From Candidatus Omnitrophota bacterium (GTDB taxonomy: Bacteria; Omnitrophota; Gorgyraeia; Zapsychrales; JANLHA01), in contig JAKQKX010000016.1 in the NCBI GenBank assembly GCA_029560465.1, positions 141,093 through 205,092 of the forward strand: DNA of 64,000 nucleotides, given 5' to 3'. Below are positions 46,419 through 57,052 of the stretch, piece by piece. Below the pieces are notes generated by a model. The model was not told the origin of the DNA, did not search any database, and was given only the letters and a program-made list of their open reading frames with translations. Within the stretch, counting starts at the first letter, position 1. The number at the start of each line of letters is the position of its first letter. The translations under genes were made by a program, and so were the position numbers.

Positions 46419-47714
46419 ATGATAGATCGCTATACCTTATCCAAGATGGGTAATATTTGGACAGATGAGCACAAGTTCTCTATTATGCTTCAGATAGAGG
46501 TCTTAGCCTGTGAAGCCTTGGCGAAACTGGGGGTTATTCCCAAGAAGGCTATGGAAAAAATAAAGAAAAATGCCAAATTTGATATTGATGAAGTGCAGCG
46601 GCTGGAAGAAAGGACGAAGCATGATATCGTCGCGTTTATTAATAACGTGGGGCAGTACCTCGGCCCGGAGGCCCGGTATTTGCATATGGGGTTAACGTCC
46701 TCAGATCTCCTGGACACTTCTCTTTCTGTGCAGTGCGTTGAGGCCAGTGATATTCTGATTGGTGATTTGAAAAAATTGTTGGCCGCTTTAAAGGTGAAAG
46801 CGAAGAAATATAAAGACACGTTTTGCATTGCCCGGACCCATGGCGTACACGCGGAGCCTATCACGTTCGGGTTGAAGCTGGCCGTCTGGTATGATGAAAC
46901 GAAGAGGAATATCGAACGCATGGAACAGGCCAGAGAAGCGATGCGGATCGGCAAGTTGTCGGGCGCAGTCGGCACATTTGCGAATATTGATCCTTCTGTC
47001 GAGGAATATGTGTGCGAGAAGCTGGCGCTTAAGCCGGCCAATATTGCGACACAGATCATCCAGCGCGATGTGCACTGCCAGTTCGTGACAACACTGGCGC
47101 TGGTTGGTTCCTCGTTGAATAAGTTCGCGACGGAAATCAGGCTGCTTCAGAAAACAGAAGTCCTGGAGGTTGAGGAGCCGTTTTTTAAGGGGCAGATCGG
47201 TTCGTCCGCCATGCCGCATAAACGGAACCCCGTGACCTGCGAGAGGATTTCTGGCCTCTCCCGGATCCTTCGCGCGAACGCTCAGGCCGCTTTTGAAAAT
47301 ATTTGCCTCTGGCATGAAAGGGATATCAGCCATTCTTCCGTGGAGCGCATTATCTTGCCGGACAGCGCGATTGCGTTGCATTATATGCTGCATAAATTGA
47401 TCCCCATCATAGATGGCCTGCTCGTTTACCCCAAGAACATGGTCGTCAGCCTCAGCAAGACCAAGGGGCTGATCTATTCCCAGCGAGTCCTTTTGGAACT
47501 TATGAAAAAGGGGTTAACTCGGGAAGATGCGTATGAGATTATCCAGCACTGCGCCATGCAGGTCTGGAAGGAAACGTCTGAGTTTAAAGACGTGCTTTAC
47601 CGGGACAGAAAAGTGCGGAAACATTTGAGTGCGGCGGAGATTGACGCCTGTTTTGACATTAAGTATTATGCCCGTTACCGGGATATGATCTACAAGCGGG
47701 TTGGTTTGAAATAA
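46419..47714 (+). CDS. purB: Adenylosuccinate lyase
   Basis: 431 aa fumarate-lyase family with the conserved S-loop (GSSAMPHKRNP). Confidence 0.9.
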   Translation: MIDRYTLSKMGNIWTDEHKFSIMLQIEVLACEALAKLGVIPKKAMEKIKKNAKFDIDEVQRLEERTKHDIVAFINNVGQYLGPEARYLHMGLTSSDLLDTSLSVQCVEASDILIGDLKKLLAALKVKAKKYKDTFCIARTHGVHAEPITFGLKLAVWYDETKRNIERMEQAREAMRIGKLSGAVGTFANIDPSVEEYVCEKLALKPANIATQIIQRDVHCQFVTTLALVGSSLNKFATEIRLLQKTEVLEVEEPFFKGQIGSSAMPHKRNPVTCERISGLSRILRANAQAAFENICLWHERDISHSSVERIILPDSAIALHYMLHKLIPIIDGLLVYPKNMVVSLSKTKGLIYSQRVLLELMKKGLTREDAYEIIQHCAMQVWKETSEFKDVLYRDRKVRKHLSAAEIDACFDIKYYARYRDMIYKRVGLK

Positions 47715-47757
47715 CAGCTGTTTTTTCTAAAAAAGTTTTAATTGGGGGGTTGTTCTA

Positions 47758-48462
47758 ATGGAAAAATTAAAAAAGATTTATGAAGGGAAGGCCAAAATTC
47801 TTTATGAAACCGACTCCCCGGATTATATCATTCAGTATTTTAAGGATGATGCTACGGCTTTTAACGCGGCCAAAAAGGGGACGATTCGTGATAAAGGAGT
47901 GGTTAATAATAAGATCTCCTCTAAGGTTTTTGAGCTTCTGGAGTCGGAGGGCATTCCCACTCACTTTGAAAAGATGCTTAGCGACAGGGAAATGCTCGTT
48001 AAGAGGGTGGAGATCGTGCCCCTTGAAGTGATTGTCCGTAATGTTGCCGCCGGCAGCCTTTGCCGCCTTTTGGGGCTGGAGGAGGGGACGGCGCTGCGGT
48101 GCCCGACACTGGAATTCAGCTACAAAGAAGACCGCTTGAATGACCCGATGATCAATGAATATCATATCCGGGCTTTGGGCCTTTCGAGCGACGCCGAAAT
48201 GGAAGCCATTAAAGGATTGACTTTTCGGATCAATGATATCATGACACGGTTTTTTAAATCCTTGAATATCATATTGGTCGATTTTAAGCTGGAGTTCGGC
48301 CGTTATAAAGGACAAATCCTCCTCGCAGATGAAATTTCACCGGACACCTGCCGGCTGTGGGAAATGGGGTCGGGGCGCAGGTTGGATAAAGACCGTTTCC
48401 GGAAAGATCTGGGTGAGATTGAAGAGGCTTACCAAGAAGTTTTGTGCCGGGTCAGCCGTTAG
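47758..48462 (+). CDS. purC: Phosphoribosylaminoimidazole-succinocarboxamide synthase
   Basis: MEKLKKIYEGKAKILYETD is the typical SAICAR synthetase N-terminus. Confidence 0.9.
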   Translation: MEKLKKIYEGKAKILYETDSPDYIIQYFKDDATAFNAAKKGTIRDKGVVNNKISSKVFELLESEGIPTHFEKMLSDREMLVKRVEIVPLEVIVRNVAAGSLCRLLGLEEGTALRCPTLEFSYKEDRLNDPMINEYHIRALGLSSDAEMEAIKGLTFRINDIMTRFFKSLNIILVDFKLEFGRYKGQILLADEISPDTCRLWEMGSGRRLDKDRFRKDLGEIEEAYQEVLCRVSR

Positions 48463-48595
48463 GGCGTGTTTCTTCGCGAACCTTCCCGTGCTTCTGAATC
48501 ATTAACCAAGTTCCACTTCTTCATGGCGTTCCCCCGGGGTGATAAACCCCGCTTGGAAAAATGCGCAGCGAAGACAACTTTTTCAAAAAGACATG

Positions 48596-51511
48596 TTATC
48601 CACGATGATTTGGCGTGTTGAGATTAAAGAAAAACCAGGAATAGAGGGGCCCTCCGGAACCGGCGTTTTGCGGGATATCGTCGACTTGGGGATCACCTCG
48701 TTGACCCGGGTGGATGTTTCGCAATTTTACACGATCAAGGCGCCCTTGTCGGCAGAACAGATTGTGGCTGTCGCCTCGCGGCTTTTGGCCGACCCGGTCA
48801 CCCAAGACTATTTTTGTTCGCCATTGGAGCCTGGTGCGGCCGGCCCGTCATCGTCTTTAACCTGTACGGAAATTGAGGTGGCGCATAATCCCGGGGTGAT
48901 GGATCCGGTGGAAGCTTCGACGATGAAAGGGATAAGGGATCTAGGGCTGGGATCCGTGGAATGGGTTCGGACGGCGAAGAAATATTATTTGCACGGGACT
49001 TTAACAAAACATCAGGTCCTCTTGATTATTGAAAAAGTCCTGTCTAACAAATTGATTCAGCATGCCGTTCAGGACCCGGTCGTTTCCTACGGGGCGGGCA
49101 CAACGGCCGGTGCGTCGAAAGATACGGTCTTTACGGTTCCTGTCCTCGGGGTATCCGGAAAAGAGCTGTTGAAACTCAGCGCCGAGGGCCAGCTGTTTTT
49201 AAACCGGCAGGAAATGCAGAGCATCCAGAGATATTTTCAGGCCATCGGGCGCGACCCTACCGACTGCGAGCTGGAAACCATCGCCCAGACCTGGAGCGAG
49301 CATTGTCATCACAAAACGTTCCGGGGGAAAATCCGGTATGAATTTGAAGAACGCGGCCGGAAAAAGGTCAGGGTGATCAACAACCTGCTGAAATCGACGA
49401 TTGCCAAAGCCACGATGGATTTGGCTAAGCCCTGGTGCGTTTCGGTTTTTCATGATAATGCCGGCGTGATCCGTTTTGATAAAGAAACGAATGTGTGTTT
49501 TAAGGTGGAGACGCATAATCACCCTTCCGCGCTGGAGCCGTTCGGGGGGGCGAATACCGGCATCGGTGGGGTGATCCGGGATGTTTTAGGCACGGGGCTG
49601 GGGGCCAAGCCAATCTGCAACACGGATGTTTTTTGTTTTGCTCCGCCTGATTTTCCGCCGGCGGAACTTCCTGCGGGGACGCTTCATCCCAAGCGGATTA
49701 TGAAAGGGGTTGTCGCCGGAGTCCGCGACTACGGCAATAAGATGGGGATTCCTACAGTGAACGGCGCGATCCTGTTTGATGACGGATTTGTCGGCAATCC
49801 TTTGGTGTACTGCGGGAACGTCGGGATCATTCCGAGAGGCAAAGAATTCAAGAAAGTGTTGAAAGGGGACGTTATCGTTGTGGCGGGCGGCCGGACCGGG
49901 CGGGACGGGATTCACGGGGCCACGTTCTCTTCCGCGGAGTTAACCGATTCCTCGGAAGTGGTTTCTTCCGGGGCCGTGCAGATCGGCGACCCGATCCAGG
50001 AGAAGAAAGTCCTGGATTGCCTGTTGCTGGCCCGGGACCGGAATTTGTATCACGCGATCACGGATTGCGGGGCCGGAGGGCTTTCTTCGGCAGTCGGGGA
50101 GATGGGGGAAACCCTGGGGGCGCGCGTGGACCTGGAGAAAGTGCCTTTGAAATATCAGGGCCTTTCCTACATGGAAATATGGATTTCGGAATCCCAGGAG
50201 CGCATGGTCCTGGCGGTGGGACCCGGGGAGGTTGAAGCGCTGCTGGATGTTTTTCGCTCGGAAAATGTGGAGGCGACCGTGATCGGTTTTTTTACCGGCA
50301 CCGGGAAGCTGGAGTTGTTTTTTCACGGGCAGCAGGTTTGCGACCTGGGGATGTCTTTCCTGCACGACGGCATCCCGGACATTACTAAAAAGGCGGTTTG
50401 GAAAACGCCGCGGCTCAAAACGCCGCGTATTCAATGCCCGGCCGACTTAACCCTGAGTCTTCTGGATGTGCTTTCGCATTATAATGTGTGTTCCAAAGAG
50501 TGGGTTATCCGCCAGTATGATCATGAAGTCCAGGGGGGCAGCGTGATTAAACCATTATGCGGAGCGGGGTTTGACGGCCCTTCCGACGCCAGCGTGATTC
50601 GGCCCCGGCTGCATTCCGATCGGGGGTTAGCGGTCGCCAACGGCATTAACGTCCTTTACGGCAAGATCGACCCTTATTGGATGGCGGCGGCCTGTATTGA
50701 CGAGGCTGTCCGGCAGGTTGTCGCCGTGGGGGGGGCCTCGGATCGAATCGCGATCCTGGACAATTTTTGCTGGGGGAATCCGGATAAACCGGACCGATTG
50801 GGAGGGCTGGTGCGGGCCGCGCAAGGGTGTTATAAAGCCGCTGTCGAATACGGCGTGCCGTTTATCTCCGGGAAAGACAGTCTTTATAATGAGTATACGC
50901 TCGATAAAAGGTCCATCGCGATCCCAGGCACGCTCCTGATTTCCGCCATTGGGCTTATTGACGACGTGAACCGTTGCGTGACTATGGATTTCAAGAACGC
51001 CGGATCGCTTATTTATCTTATTGGCGAAACGCATGACGAGATGGGCGGGTCGGTTTATTATGATACTTTGGGGCGGTTGGGTGCGGACGTCCCCTGCGTG
51101 CGTTTCAGAAAAGGGAAGGCGATTTTTGACCGCGTATCCCAAACGGTCCGCCGGGGACTTGTCCGTTCTCTTCATGATTGTTCGGAAGGGGGGCTGGGTG
51201 TCGCTTTGGCGGAAATGGCGTTCAGTGGCGGGTTTGGGGCCACGGTGACCTTGAAAGATGTCTGTTTTAAGGGGCCGGTGGCGCGGAACGACACTGTTTT
51301 ATTCTCGGAATCGACCTCAAGATTTGTTGCGGAAGTCAGCCCGCGCCAAGAAAAGGCGTTTAAAAAGGCGATGGGGCCGGTCTCCTGTCGCTGTATCGGC
51401 CGGGTTGAAGAAAGCCCGGAATTCGTGGTTTATGGGCGTGACGATAAAATTTGCGTGAATGTGGTGATTGGCGATTTGAAAGAGGCCTGGCAAAAGCCTT
51501 TGCGTTGGTAA
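48596..51511 (+). CDS. purL: Phosphoribosylformylglycinamidine synthase subunit PurL with two N-terminal PurS-like domains (PurS-PurS-PurL fusion)
   Basis: Two roughly 80-aa PurS-like repeats precede a full FGAM synthase II body. Start ambiguous (48539, 48596 or 48608). Confidence 0.8.
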   Translation, partial: LSTMIWRVEIKEKPGIEGPSGTGVLRDIVDLGITSLTRVDVSQFYTIKAPLSAEQIVAVASRLLADPVTQDYFCSPLEPGAAGPSSSLTCTEIEVAHNPGVMDPVEASTMKGIRDLGLGSVEWVRTAKKYYLHGTLTKHQVLLIIEKVLSNKLIQHAVQDPVVSYGAGTTAGASKDTVFTVPVLGVSGKELLKLSAEGQLFLNRQEMQSIQRYFQAIGRDPTDCELETIAQTWSEHCHHKTFRGKIRYEFEERGRKKVRVINNLLKSTIAKATMDLAKPWCVSVFHDNAGVIRFDKETNVCFKVETHNHPSALEPFGGANTGIGGVIRDVLGTGLGAKPICNTDVFCFAPPDFPPAELPAGTLHPKRIMKGVVAGVRDYGNKMGIPTVNGAILFDDGFVGNPLVYCGNVGIIPRGKEFKKVLKGDVIVVAGGRTGRDGIHGATFSSAELTDSSEVVSSGAVQIGDPIQEKKVLDCLLLARDRNLYHAITDCGAGGLSSAVGEMGETLGARVDLEKVPLKYQGLSYMEIWISESQERMVLAVGPGEVEALLDVFRSENVEATVIGFFTGTGKLELFFHGQQVCDLGMSFLHDGIPDITKKAVWKTPRLKTPRIQCPADLTLSLLDVLSHYNVCSKEWVIRQYDHEVQGGSVIKPLCGAGFDGPSDASVIRPRLHSDRGLAVANGINVLYGKIDPYWMAAACIDEAVRQVVAVGGASDRIAILDNFCWGNPDKPDRLGGLVRAAQGCYKAAVEYGVPFISGKDSLYNEYTLDKRSIAIPGTLLISAIGLIDDVNRCVTMDFKNAGSLIYLIGETHDEMGGSVYYDTLGRLGADVPCVRFRKGKAIFDRVSQTVRRGLVRSLHDCSEGGLGVALAEMAFSGGFGATVTLKDVCFKGPVARNDTVLFSESTSRFVAEVSPRQEKAFKKAMGPVSCRCIGRVEESPEFVVYGRDDKICVNVVIGDLKEAWQKPLRW

Positions 51512-51577
51512 CCGGGGCCGGGTGGATGAAAATTCCAGGACGATGTCCCAAAACGATTAATCAGAAAGCGGTGAGGT

Positions 51578-52237
51578 ATGGTCAAAGGACGTAAGTTAAC
51601 GGATGAAATCAATAATATGGAAGACCCGTGGCGGGTGTTCCGGATTATGGCTGAATTTGTTGACGGGTTTCACCAGTTGTCTCAGATTGGGGATGCGGTG
51701 ACGATTTTCGGCTCAGCCCGGACCAAGGTGAATCATCGTATGTATAAAGATGCCCAGAAAACCGCCCGGCTTCTGGTGAAGGAAGGCTACAGTGTGATCA
51801 CCGGCGGAGGCCCCGGAATTATGGAGGCGGCTAACCGGGGGGCGTTCATTGATCCTGAGCGTTCCGTCGGGCTGAATATTGAACTCCCTTTTGAGCAGAA
51901 GCCGAATCGGTATATTTCCCATCTGATCAAGTTTCATTATTTCTTTTGCCGGAAGGTTATGTTCGTGAAATATGCCAAGGCTTTTGTTATTTTCCCCGGC
52001 GGATTTGGAACTTTGGATGAATTCTTTGAAAGTGTCACCCTGATTCAGACCGGGCGCATTGACCGTTTCCCTGTTGTATTGTTCGGATCCTCTTATTGGG
52101 GAGGATTGATCCGGTGGGTCAAGGAATCGATGCTCGCGGAAGAGAACATTAATAAAAAGGATTTGGAAATTTTTACAATCGTGGATAAACCGGAAGACGT
52201 TGTGAAATCAATCCGGTCTTTTTATAAGAAGAAATGA
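51578..52237 (+). CDS. LOG family protein (TIGR00730 Rossmann-fold nucleotide-binding; cytokinin riboside 5'-monophosphate phosphoribohydrolase-like)
   Basis: VTIFGSARTK, VITGGGPGIMEAANRGA and PGGFGTLDEFFE motifs. Confidence 0.75.
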   Translation: MVKGRKLTDEINNMEDPWRVFRIMAEFVDGFHQLSQIGDAVTIFGSARTKVNHRMYKDAQKTARLLVKEGYSVITGGGPGIMEAANRGAFIDPERSVGLNIELPFEQKPNRYISHLIKFHYFFCRKVMFVKYAKAFVIFPGGFGTLDEFFESVTLIQTGRIDRFPVVLFGSSYWGGLIRWVKESMLAEENINKKDLEIFTIVDKPEDVVKSIRSFYKKK

Positions 52238-52238
52238 T

Positions 52239-53057
52239 ATGGCTCAAGATGTTCGGGTTATCGTATTAAGAACAGCCGGGACGAACTGTGATGGAGAAAC
52301 CGCTTATGCGTTTGAGCGCTGCGGCGCTGCGGTTGACCTGGTTCACATCAATCGGCTCTCGAGCGGGGAGGTGTCCTTGGGGGATTACCATATCCTTGCG
52401 GTCCCGGGGGGCTTTACCTACGGTGATGATATCATGTCCGGACGGATATTGGCGAATGAACTGCGGTTGAACCTGGGTAAGGACTTGGAGGCTTTTATCG
52501 CTTCCGGTAAGCTTGTACTCGGGATTTGCAATGGGTTCCAGGTTTTGGTCCGGGCCGGGATATTGCCGGGGCCGTTAAGCGGGCAGTCCCTGTGGCATCC
52601 CGGGGTCCCCCAGACCGTGAGTCTGACCCATAATGATTCCGGAAAATTTGAAGACCGTTGGGTACGACTGAAGGTGTCGGGGGTATCGGTGTGGACGGAA
52701 GGGCTTGGGGACACGGTTTTGTTCCCGGTCGCCCACGCGGAAGGGAAATTCATGACCCGGGATGACGCGGTTTTGCGTTCCTTGAGAGAGAACGGCCAGG
52801 TGATTTTTCGTTACTGTTCTGAAGACGGGCAATCCGTGGCCTATCCGGGCAACCCTAACGGGTCGATGGATCATATCGCCGGGATTGCGGACCGCACCGG
52901 CCGCGTTCTGGGGTTGATGCCTCACCCGGAACGGCATTTTGTTGTGACCCAGCACCCGGCATGGACGCGCTTGGGGAAGAAATCCGGATACGGAGAGGGA
53001 GCCCGGATTTTTCAAAACGGGGTCACTTACGTGAAGGACAATCTGATAAAAAATTGA
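52239..53057 (+). CDS. purQ: Phosphoribosylformylglycinamidine synthase glutaminase subunit
   Basis: Class I glutamine amidotransferase with GICNGFQ (nucleophile Cys) and a His/Glu pair. Confidence 0.85.
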   Translation: MAQDVRVIVLRTAGTNCDGETAYAFERCGAAVDLVHINRLSSGEVSLGDYHILAVPGGFTYGDDIMSGRILANELRLNLGKDLEAFIASGKLVLGICNGFQVLVRAGILPGPLSGQSLWHPGVPQTVSLTHNDSGKFEDRWVRLKVSGVSVWTEGLGDTVLFPVAHAEGKFMTRDDAVLRSLRENGQVIFRYCSEDGQSVAYPGNPNGSMDHIAGIADRTGRVLGLMPHPERHFVVTQHPAWTRLGKKSGYGEGARIFQNGVTYVKDNLIKN

Positions 53058-53068
53058 GCGGAGGAACT

Positions 53069-54076
53069 ATGAAGAAAAGCGTGACGTACCAGTCCAGCGG
53101 CGTGGATATTGATGGCGCCAACAGCTTTGTCCGTTCTATCCAGAAAATGATGGGGCCTTCCTGTTCCTCTTCCGTTATTGGCAACCGTGGTGGCTTTGGT
53201 GGTTTGTTCGATTTTTCAGGGGAGAAATACCGCGAGCCGGTCCTGGTTTCGTCGACGGATGGCGTGGGCACCAAACTCCTGATCGCCCAGGCCGCCGGGA
53301 AGCATGACACGATCGGGATTGATTGCGTGGCGATGAACGTTAATGACATTTTGTGCGTTGGCGCCCGGCCGCTGTTTTTTTTGGATTATATCGCCTGCGG
53401 GAAGCTTAACCCGGTGGTGCTGAAGGATGTGGTAGCGGGGGTCGTGAAGGGGTGCCGGCAGTCCGGGTGCGGGCTGATCGGAGGGGAAACCGCAGAAATG
53501 CCAGGGATGTACGGGCCGGAAGAATATGACTTAGCCGGATTTGCCGTCGGAGTCGTTGAGAAGCGTCAGCGCATTGACGGCTCGGATATTCGGCCCGGCG
53601 ATCAGCTGATCGGTTTGGTTTCCAATGGCCTGCATTCCAACGGGTTTAGCCTGGTGCGGAAGGCTTTGTCTCCGGCCGAGCGTAAGCGCCTCGCCGGAGA
53701 ACTCCTTAAACCCACCCGGATTTATGTCCGGGACGTCTTGGCGTGTCTGGAACAATTCTCTTTGAAAGGCATTGCTCATATCACGGGCGGCGCCTATTAT
53801 GAAAAACTCACGAAGATTCTTCCTCCAGGGGCCTGTTTTGTCGTGGACCGCAAGAGTTGGCCTGTCCCGGAGATTTTTAACATCGTGCAGAAGAAGGGGC
53901 TGGTCCCCCGGGAAGATATGTATAAGACGTTTAACATGGGGATTGGGATGGTCCTGGTCGTGCGGCCGCACGACGCTTCGGCGGTAAAAAATTTTTTGGC
54001 CCGCCGGCGCATGAAAGCGTATGTCATCGGTGAGGTGGTTATGGATAGAAAACATAAATTAAGATTTTTGAATTAA
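53069..54076 (+). CDS. purM: Phosphoribosylformylglycinamidine cyclo-ligase (AIR synthase)
   Basis: Start at MKKSVTYQSSGVDIDG with a GGAGG RBS. PurM family. Confidence 0.9.
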   Translation: MKKSVTYQSSGVDIDGANSFVRSIQKMMGPSCSSSVIGNRGGFGGLFDFSGEKYREPVLVSSTDGVGTKLLIAQAAGKHDTIGIDCVAMNVNDILCVGARPLFFLDYIACGKLNPVVLKDVVAGVVKGCRQSGCGLIGGETAEMPGMYGPEEYDLAGFAVGVVEKRQRIDGSDIRPGDQLIGLVSNGLHSNGFSLVRKALSPAERKRLAGELLKPTRIYVRDVLACLEQFSLKGIAHITGGAYYEKLTKILPPGACFVVDRKSWPVPEIFNIVQKKGLVPREDMYKTFNMGIGMVLVVRPHDASAVKNFLARRRMKAYVIGEVVMDRKHKLRFLN

Positions 54077-54089
54077 TCAGCGGGGTTGA

Positions 54090-55400
54090 GTGATCATGAA
54101 TATTCTGGTCGTTGGTTCCGGAGGACGGGAGCATGTGTTGGCGTGGAAATTGCGGCAAAGCCCAAAGGTGAAACAGGTTTTTTGCGCCCCGGGAAACGGG
54201 GGGATCGCCGGGGTCGCCGCGTGTTGTCCGGTGCCCGCGGACGACATTGACGGCCTGGTGAAACTGGCAAAAGAAAAAAACATTGATTTAACGGTCGTGG
54301 GCCCGGAAGCGCCGCTTGTGGCTGGCCTGGTGGATGCGTTCCAGTTGAATGGCTTGAGGGTTTTCGGCCCGAGCCGACAAGCAGCCCGGCTGGAAGGGAG
54401 CAAGGTTTTTGCCAAACAGTTCATGCAGCGGTATAAAATTCCGACCGCGGAATTTAAAGTTTTTTCTGCCGCTGAAGAAGCGCGGGCGTTTCTTCAGCGG
54501 ACGCGTTTTCCTGTTGTCATTAAGGCCGATGGCTTGGCGGCGGGCAAAGGTGTTTTCGTCTGCCAGAATCTTGAAGATGGATTGGATGCTATCGAGCAGA
54601 CGATGGTGGTCAAGGCGTTCCGGAACGCCGGCAACCAGGTGGTGGTTGAAGAATGTTTGACCGGGGAAGAGGTTTCAATTCTGGCGGTGAGTGATGGCCT
54701 GAATTATGCGCTGCTGGAGACCTCCCAGGATCATAAACGGATTTTTGATGATGATTTGGGCCCGAATACCGGCGGGATGGGGGCGTATTCTCCGGCTCCG
54801 GTCGCGACGAACAGCCGCATGTATGACATTGATCGTTATATTATCGCCCCGACGATCCGTGGGATGGCCCAGGAGGGATGCCCTTTCCAGGGGATCCTTT
54901 ATGCGGGCCTGATGATAACGCCTGACGGCCCAAAGGTTTTGGAATATAATGTCCGCTTTGGCGACCCCGAGGCCCAGGTTGTCATTCCGCGGCTTAAAAC
55001 GGACCTCTTAGATGTTTTGCTGGCGGCCAGCGATGGCCAATTGAATGACATGGTTTTGCATTGGGATGCCCGCAGCTGTGTTTGTGTTGTGATGAGTTCG
55101 GGCGGTTACCCCGGCGTTTATGAGAAAGGGAAAACGATTGGGGGGCTGGACCGCTTGGCTGCCCGGGAGGACCTCTGGGTTTTTCACTCCGGCACCAAAA
55201 AAGAAACGGGGCAGGTGGTCACCTCCGGCGGCCGGGTCTTGGGCGTGACCGCGTTGGGGGATAATATAGAAACCGCGGTTCAACGGGCTTATCAGGCGGT
55301 TGAAGAGATTTCTTTTGACCGGTGCTTTTTCCGCCGGGATATCGGCGCCAGAGCGCTGAGGCGATGTCAGGCGACGCGGGTGCCGGAATTCAACTCATAA
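54090..55400 (+). CDS. purD: Phosphoribosylamine--glycine ligase
   Basis: ILVVGSGGREHVLAWKL at the N-terminus. ATP-grasp fold. Confidence 0.9.
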   Translation: MIMNILVVGSGGREHVLAWKLRQSPKVKQVFCAPGNGGIAGVAACCPVPADDIDGLVKLAKEKNIDLTVVGPEAPLVAGLVDAFQLNGLRVFGPSRQAARLEGSKVFAKQFMQRYKIPTAEFKVFSAAEEARAFLQRTRFPVVIKADGLAAGKGVFVCQNLEDGLDAIEQTMVVKAFRNAGNQVVVEECLTGEEVSILAVSDGLNYALLETSQDHKRIFDDDLGPNTGGMGAYSPAPVATNSRMYDIDRYIIAPTIRGMAQEGCPFQGILYAGLMITPDGPKVLEYNVRFGDPEAQVVIPRLKTDLLDVLLAASDGQLNDMVLHWDARSCVCVVMSSGGYPGVYEKGKTIGGLDRLAAREDLWVFHSGTKKETGQVVTSGGRVLGVTALGDNIETAVQRAYQAVEEISFDRCFFRRDIGARALRRCQATRVPEFNS

Positions 55401-55420
55401 ACACGCGAGAGGGGACAAGC

Positions 55421-55906
55421 ATGGAATCAATTCAAGTCGCGGTCATGATGGGGAGCCAATCGGATTGGCCAACGATGGAGGAAGCTGTTAAAATTCTCCG
55501 GGAGTTCGGGGTGGGGTGTGAAGTCAGAATTTTATCCGCGCACCGTACGCCTAAGGAGACCGCCGCTTACGCTGAAGAGCTCATGACGCGGGGGGTGCAG
55601 GTGGTGATCTGCGGGGCGGGCGGTGCCGCCGCGCTGGCCGGGGTTGTGGCCGCCCACACGTTGTTGCCGGTGATCGGGGTCCCGATTGAATCCGTGTTGC
55701 GGGGCATGGACTCGTTGCTGTCAACCGTTCAGATGCCACCGGGAGTTCCTGTGGGCGGGGTCGGGATTGGGAAAGCCGGGGCCCAAAACGCCGCGCTGTT
55801 AGCGTTAAGGATATTGGCCCTCAAGGACCAGGATATCGGGCCCAAGATCCAGGCTTTTCAGGAAAGACAAAAACAAAAAGTCCTGCAACAAAAGGTGGAT
55901 TTTTGA
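55421..55906 (+). CDS. purE: N5-carboxyaminoimidazole ribonucleotide mutase / AIR carboxylase catalytic subunit
   Basis: VAVMMGSQSDW...SAHRTP motif. Confidence 0.85.
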   Translation: MESIQVAVMMGSQSDWPTMEEAVKILREFGVGCEVRILSAHRTPKETAAYAEELMTRGVQVVICGAGGAAALAGVVAAHTLLPVIGVPIESVLRGMDSLLSTVQMPPGVPVGGVGIGKAGAQNAALLALRILALKDQDIGPKIQAFQERQKQKVLQQKVDF

Positions 55907-56967
55907 AGACCCAGATTATCCCTATCGACCCGGAGTATCCGGAACTGGATAGAATCGCGGCCTGTGCCAAGATGATCCGGCAGGGCGGCCTTGTTATTTT
56001 TCCGACGGAAACGGTTTACGGCATCGCGGCGGATTACAATAACCCGAAGGCGATGGCGCGCCTCCGGGCCGTGAAGCAGCGGGCGGAAGACAAGCCGTTT
56101 TCCATTCATATTTCTCAGAAAAACTTGGTTTATAATTACACGTCTATGACCGACCCGAAACTGTACAAACTCATTGACGCCTGCTGGCCCGGGCCTTTAA
56201 CCGTGATTGTCCCCGGACGTTCGGAAGATAAAACGATTGGGATCCGTATGCCGCAGAATAATATCGCCCTGATGCTTGTTCAGGAATCTCAATGCACGGT
56301 CGCGGCTCCTTCGGCGAATCTGGCCGGGAAACCGTCTCCCGGCACCTGCGGGGAAGCTCTGCGTGATCTGGACGGGCTGGTTGATATTGCGATCGACGGA
56401 GGGTCGGCTCAACTCGGATTGGCCTCCTCGGTCGTGGATTTCACGGGAGCGGCTCCGGAGGTCGTGCGGCAGGGTGCGATTTCCCAACAGGACGTGGATC
56501 GGATCACGAACAAGAAAACAATTTTATTTATTTGCACGGGGAACAGCTGCCGTTCGGTGATGGCGGAATATTTGTTGCGGCAAGCCCTGAAGGACCGTGA
56601 TGACGTTGAAATTTACTCGGCGGGAACCGGGGTTTTCCTTCGGTCTTCCGCCAGCCAGGAAACACGGCAGGTTCTCGCGCGTCGCGGGATTGACGCCTCG
56701 ATGCACGTTTCTCAACCGGTCACCAATATTTTGCTGAATCAGGCGGATTTGATTTTGGTTATGACCCGCGCCCACCGCCAGCAGATCCTAGAACGGGTGC
56801 CTGTCGTGGAAAACCGGGTGTACCTGTTGGGAGAGTTTAATGATGACCCGGCGGCTCGGTTTGCGAGCCCGGATATCCCCGACCCGATCGGTAAGCCGGC
56901 GGACGCTTATGAGGAATGCCTTTTGTTGATTCAAGAGGCTGTTGAGAAACTGGTTAAGTTAATTTAA
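55903..56967 (+). CDS. Fusion: L-threonylcarbamoyladenylate synthase (YrdC/TsaC domain) + low-molecular-weight protein phosphatase (LMW-PTP/arsenate reductase fold)
   Basis: N-terminal 190 aa is a YrdC domain (VIFPTETVYGIAAD). The C-terminus carries ILFICTGNSCRS, a CX5R P-loop. Confidence 0.8.
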   Translation: MKTQIIPIDPEYPELDRIAACAKMIRQGGLVIFPTETVYGIAADYNNPKAMARLRAVKQRAEDKPFSIHISQKNLVYNYTSMTDPKLYKLIDACWPGPLTVIVPGRSEDKTIGIRMPQNNIALMLVQESQCTVAAPSANLAGKPSPGTCGEALRDLDGLVDIAIDGGSAQLGLASSVVDFTGAAPEVVRQGAISQQDVDRITNKKTILFICTGNSCRSVMAEYLLRQALKDRDDVEIYSAGTGVFLRSSASQETRQVLARRGIDASMHVSQPVTNILLNQADLILVMTRAHRQQILERVPVVENRVYLLGEFNDDPAARFASPDIPDPIGKPADAYEECLLLIQEAVEKLVKLI

Positions 56968-57052
56968 TACGCAGCGGGATTGGGCGGACACGCCCGGCGG
57001 TGTCGTTGTGCCGTGAGTTGTTAAGGACGGCTGTGAGGAGAACAGGAGTGTT

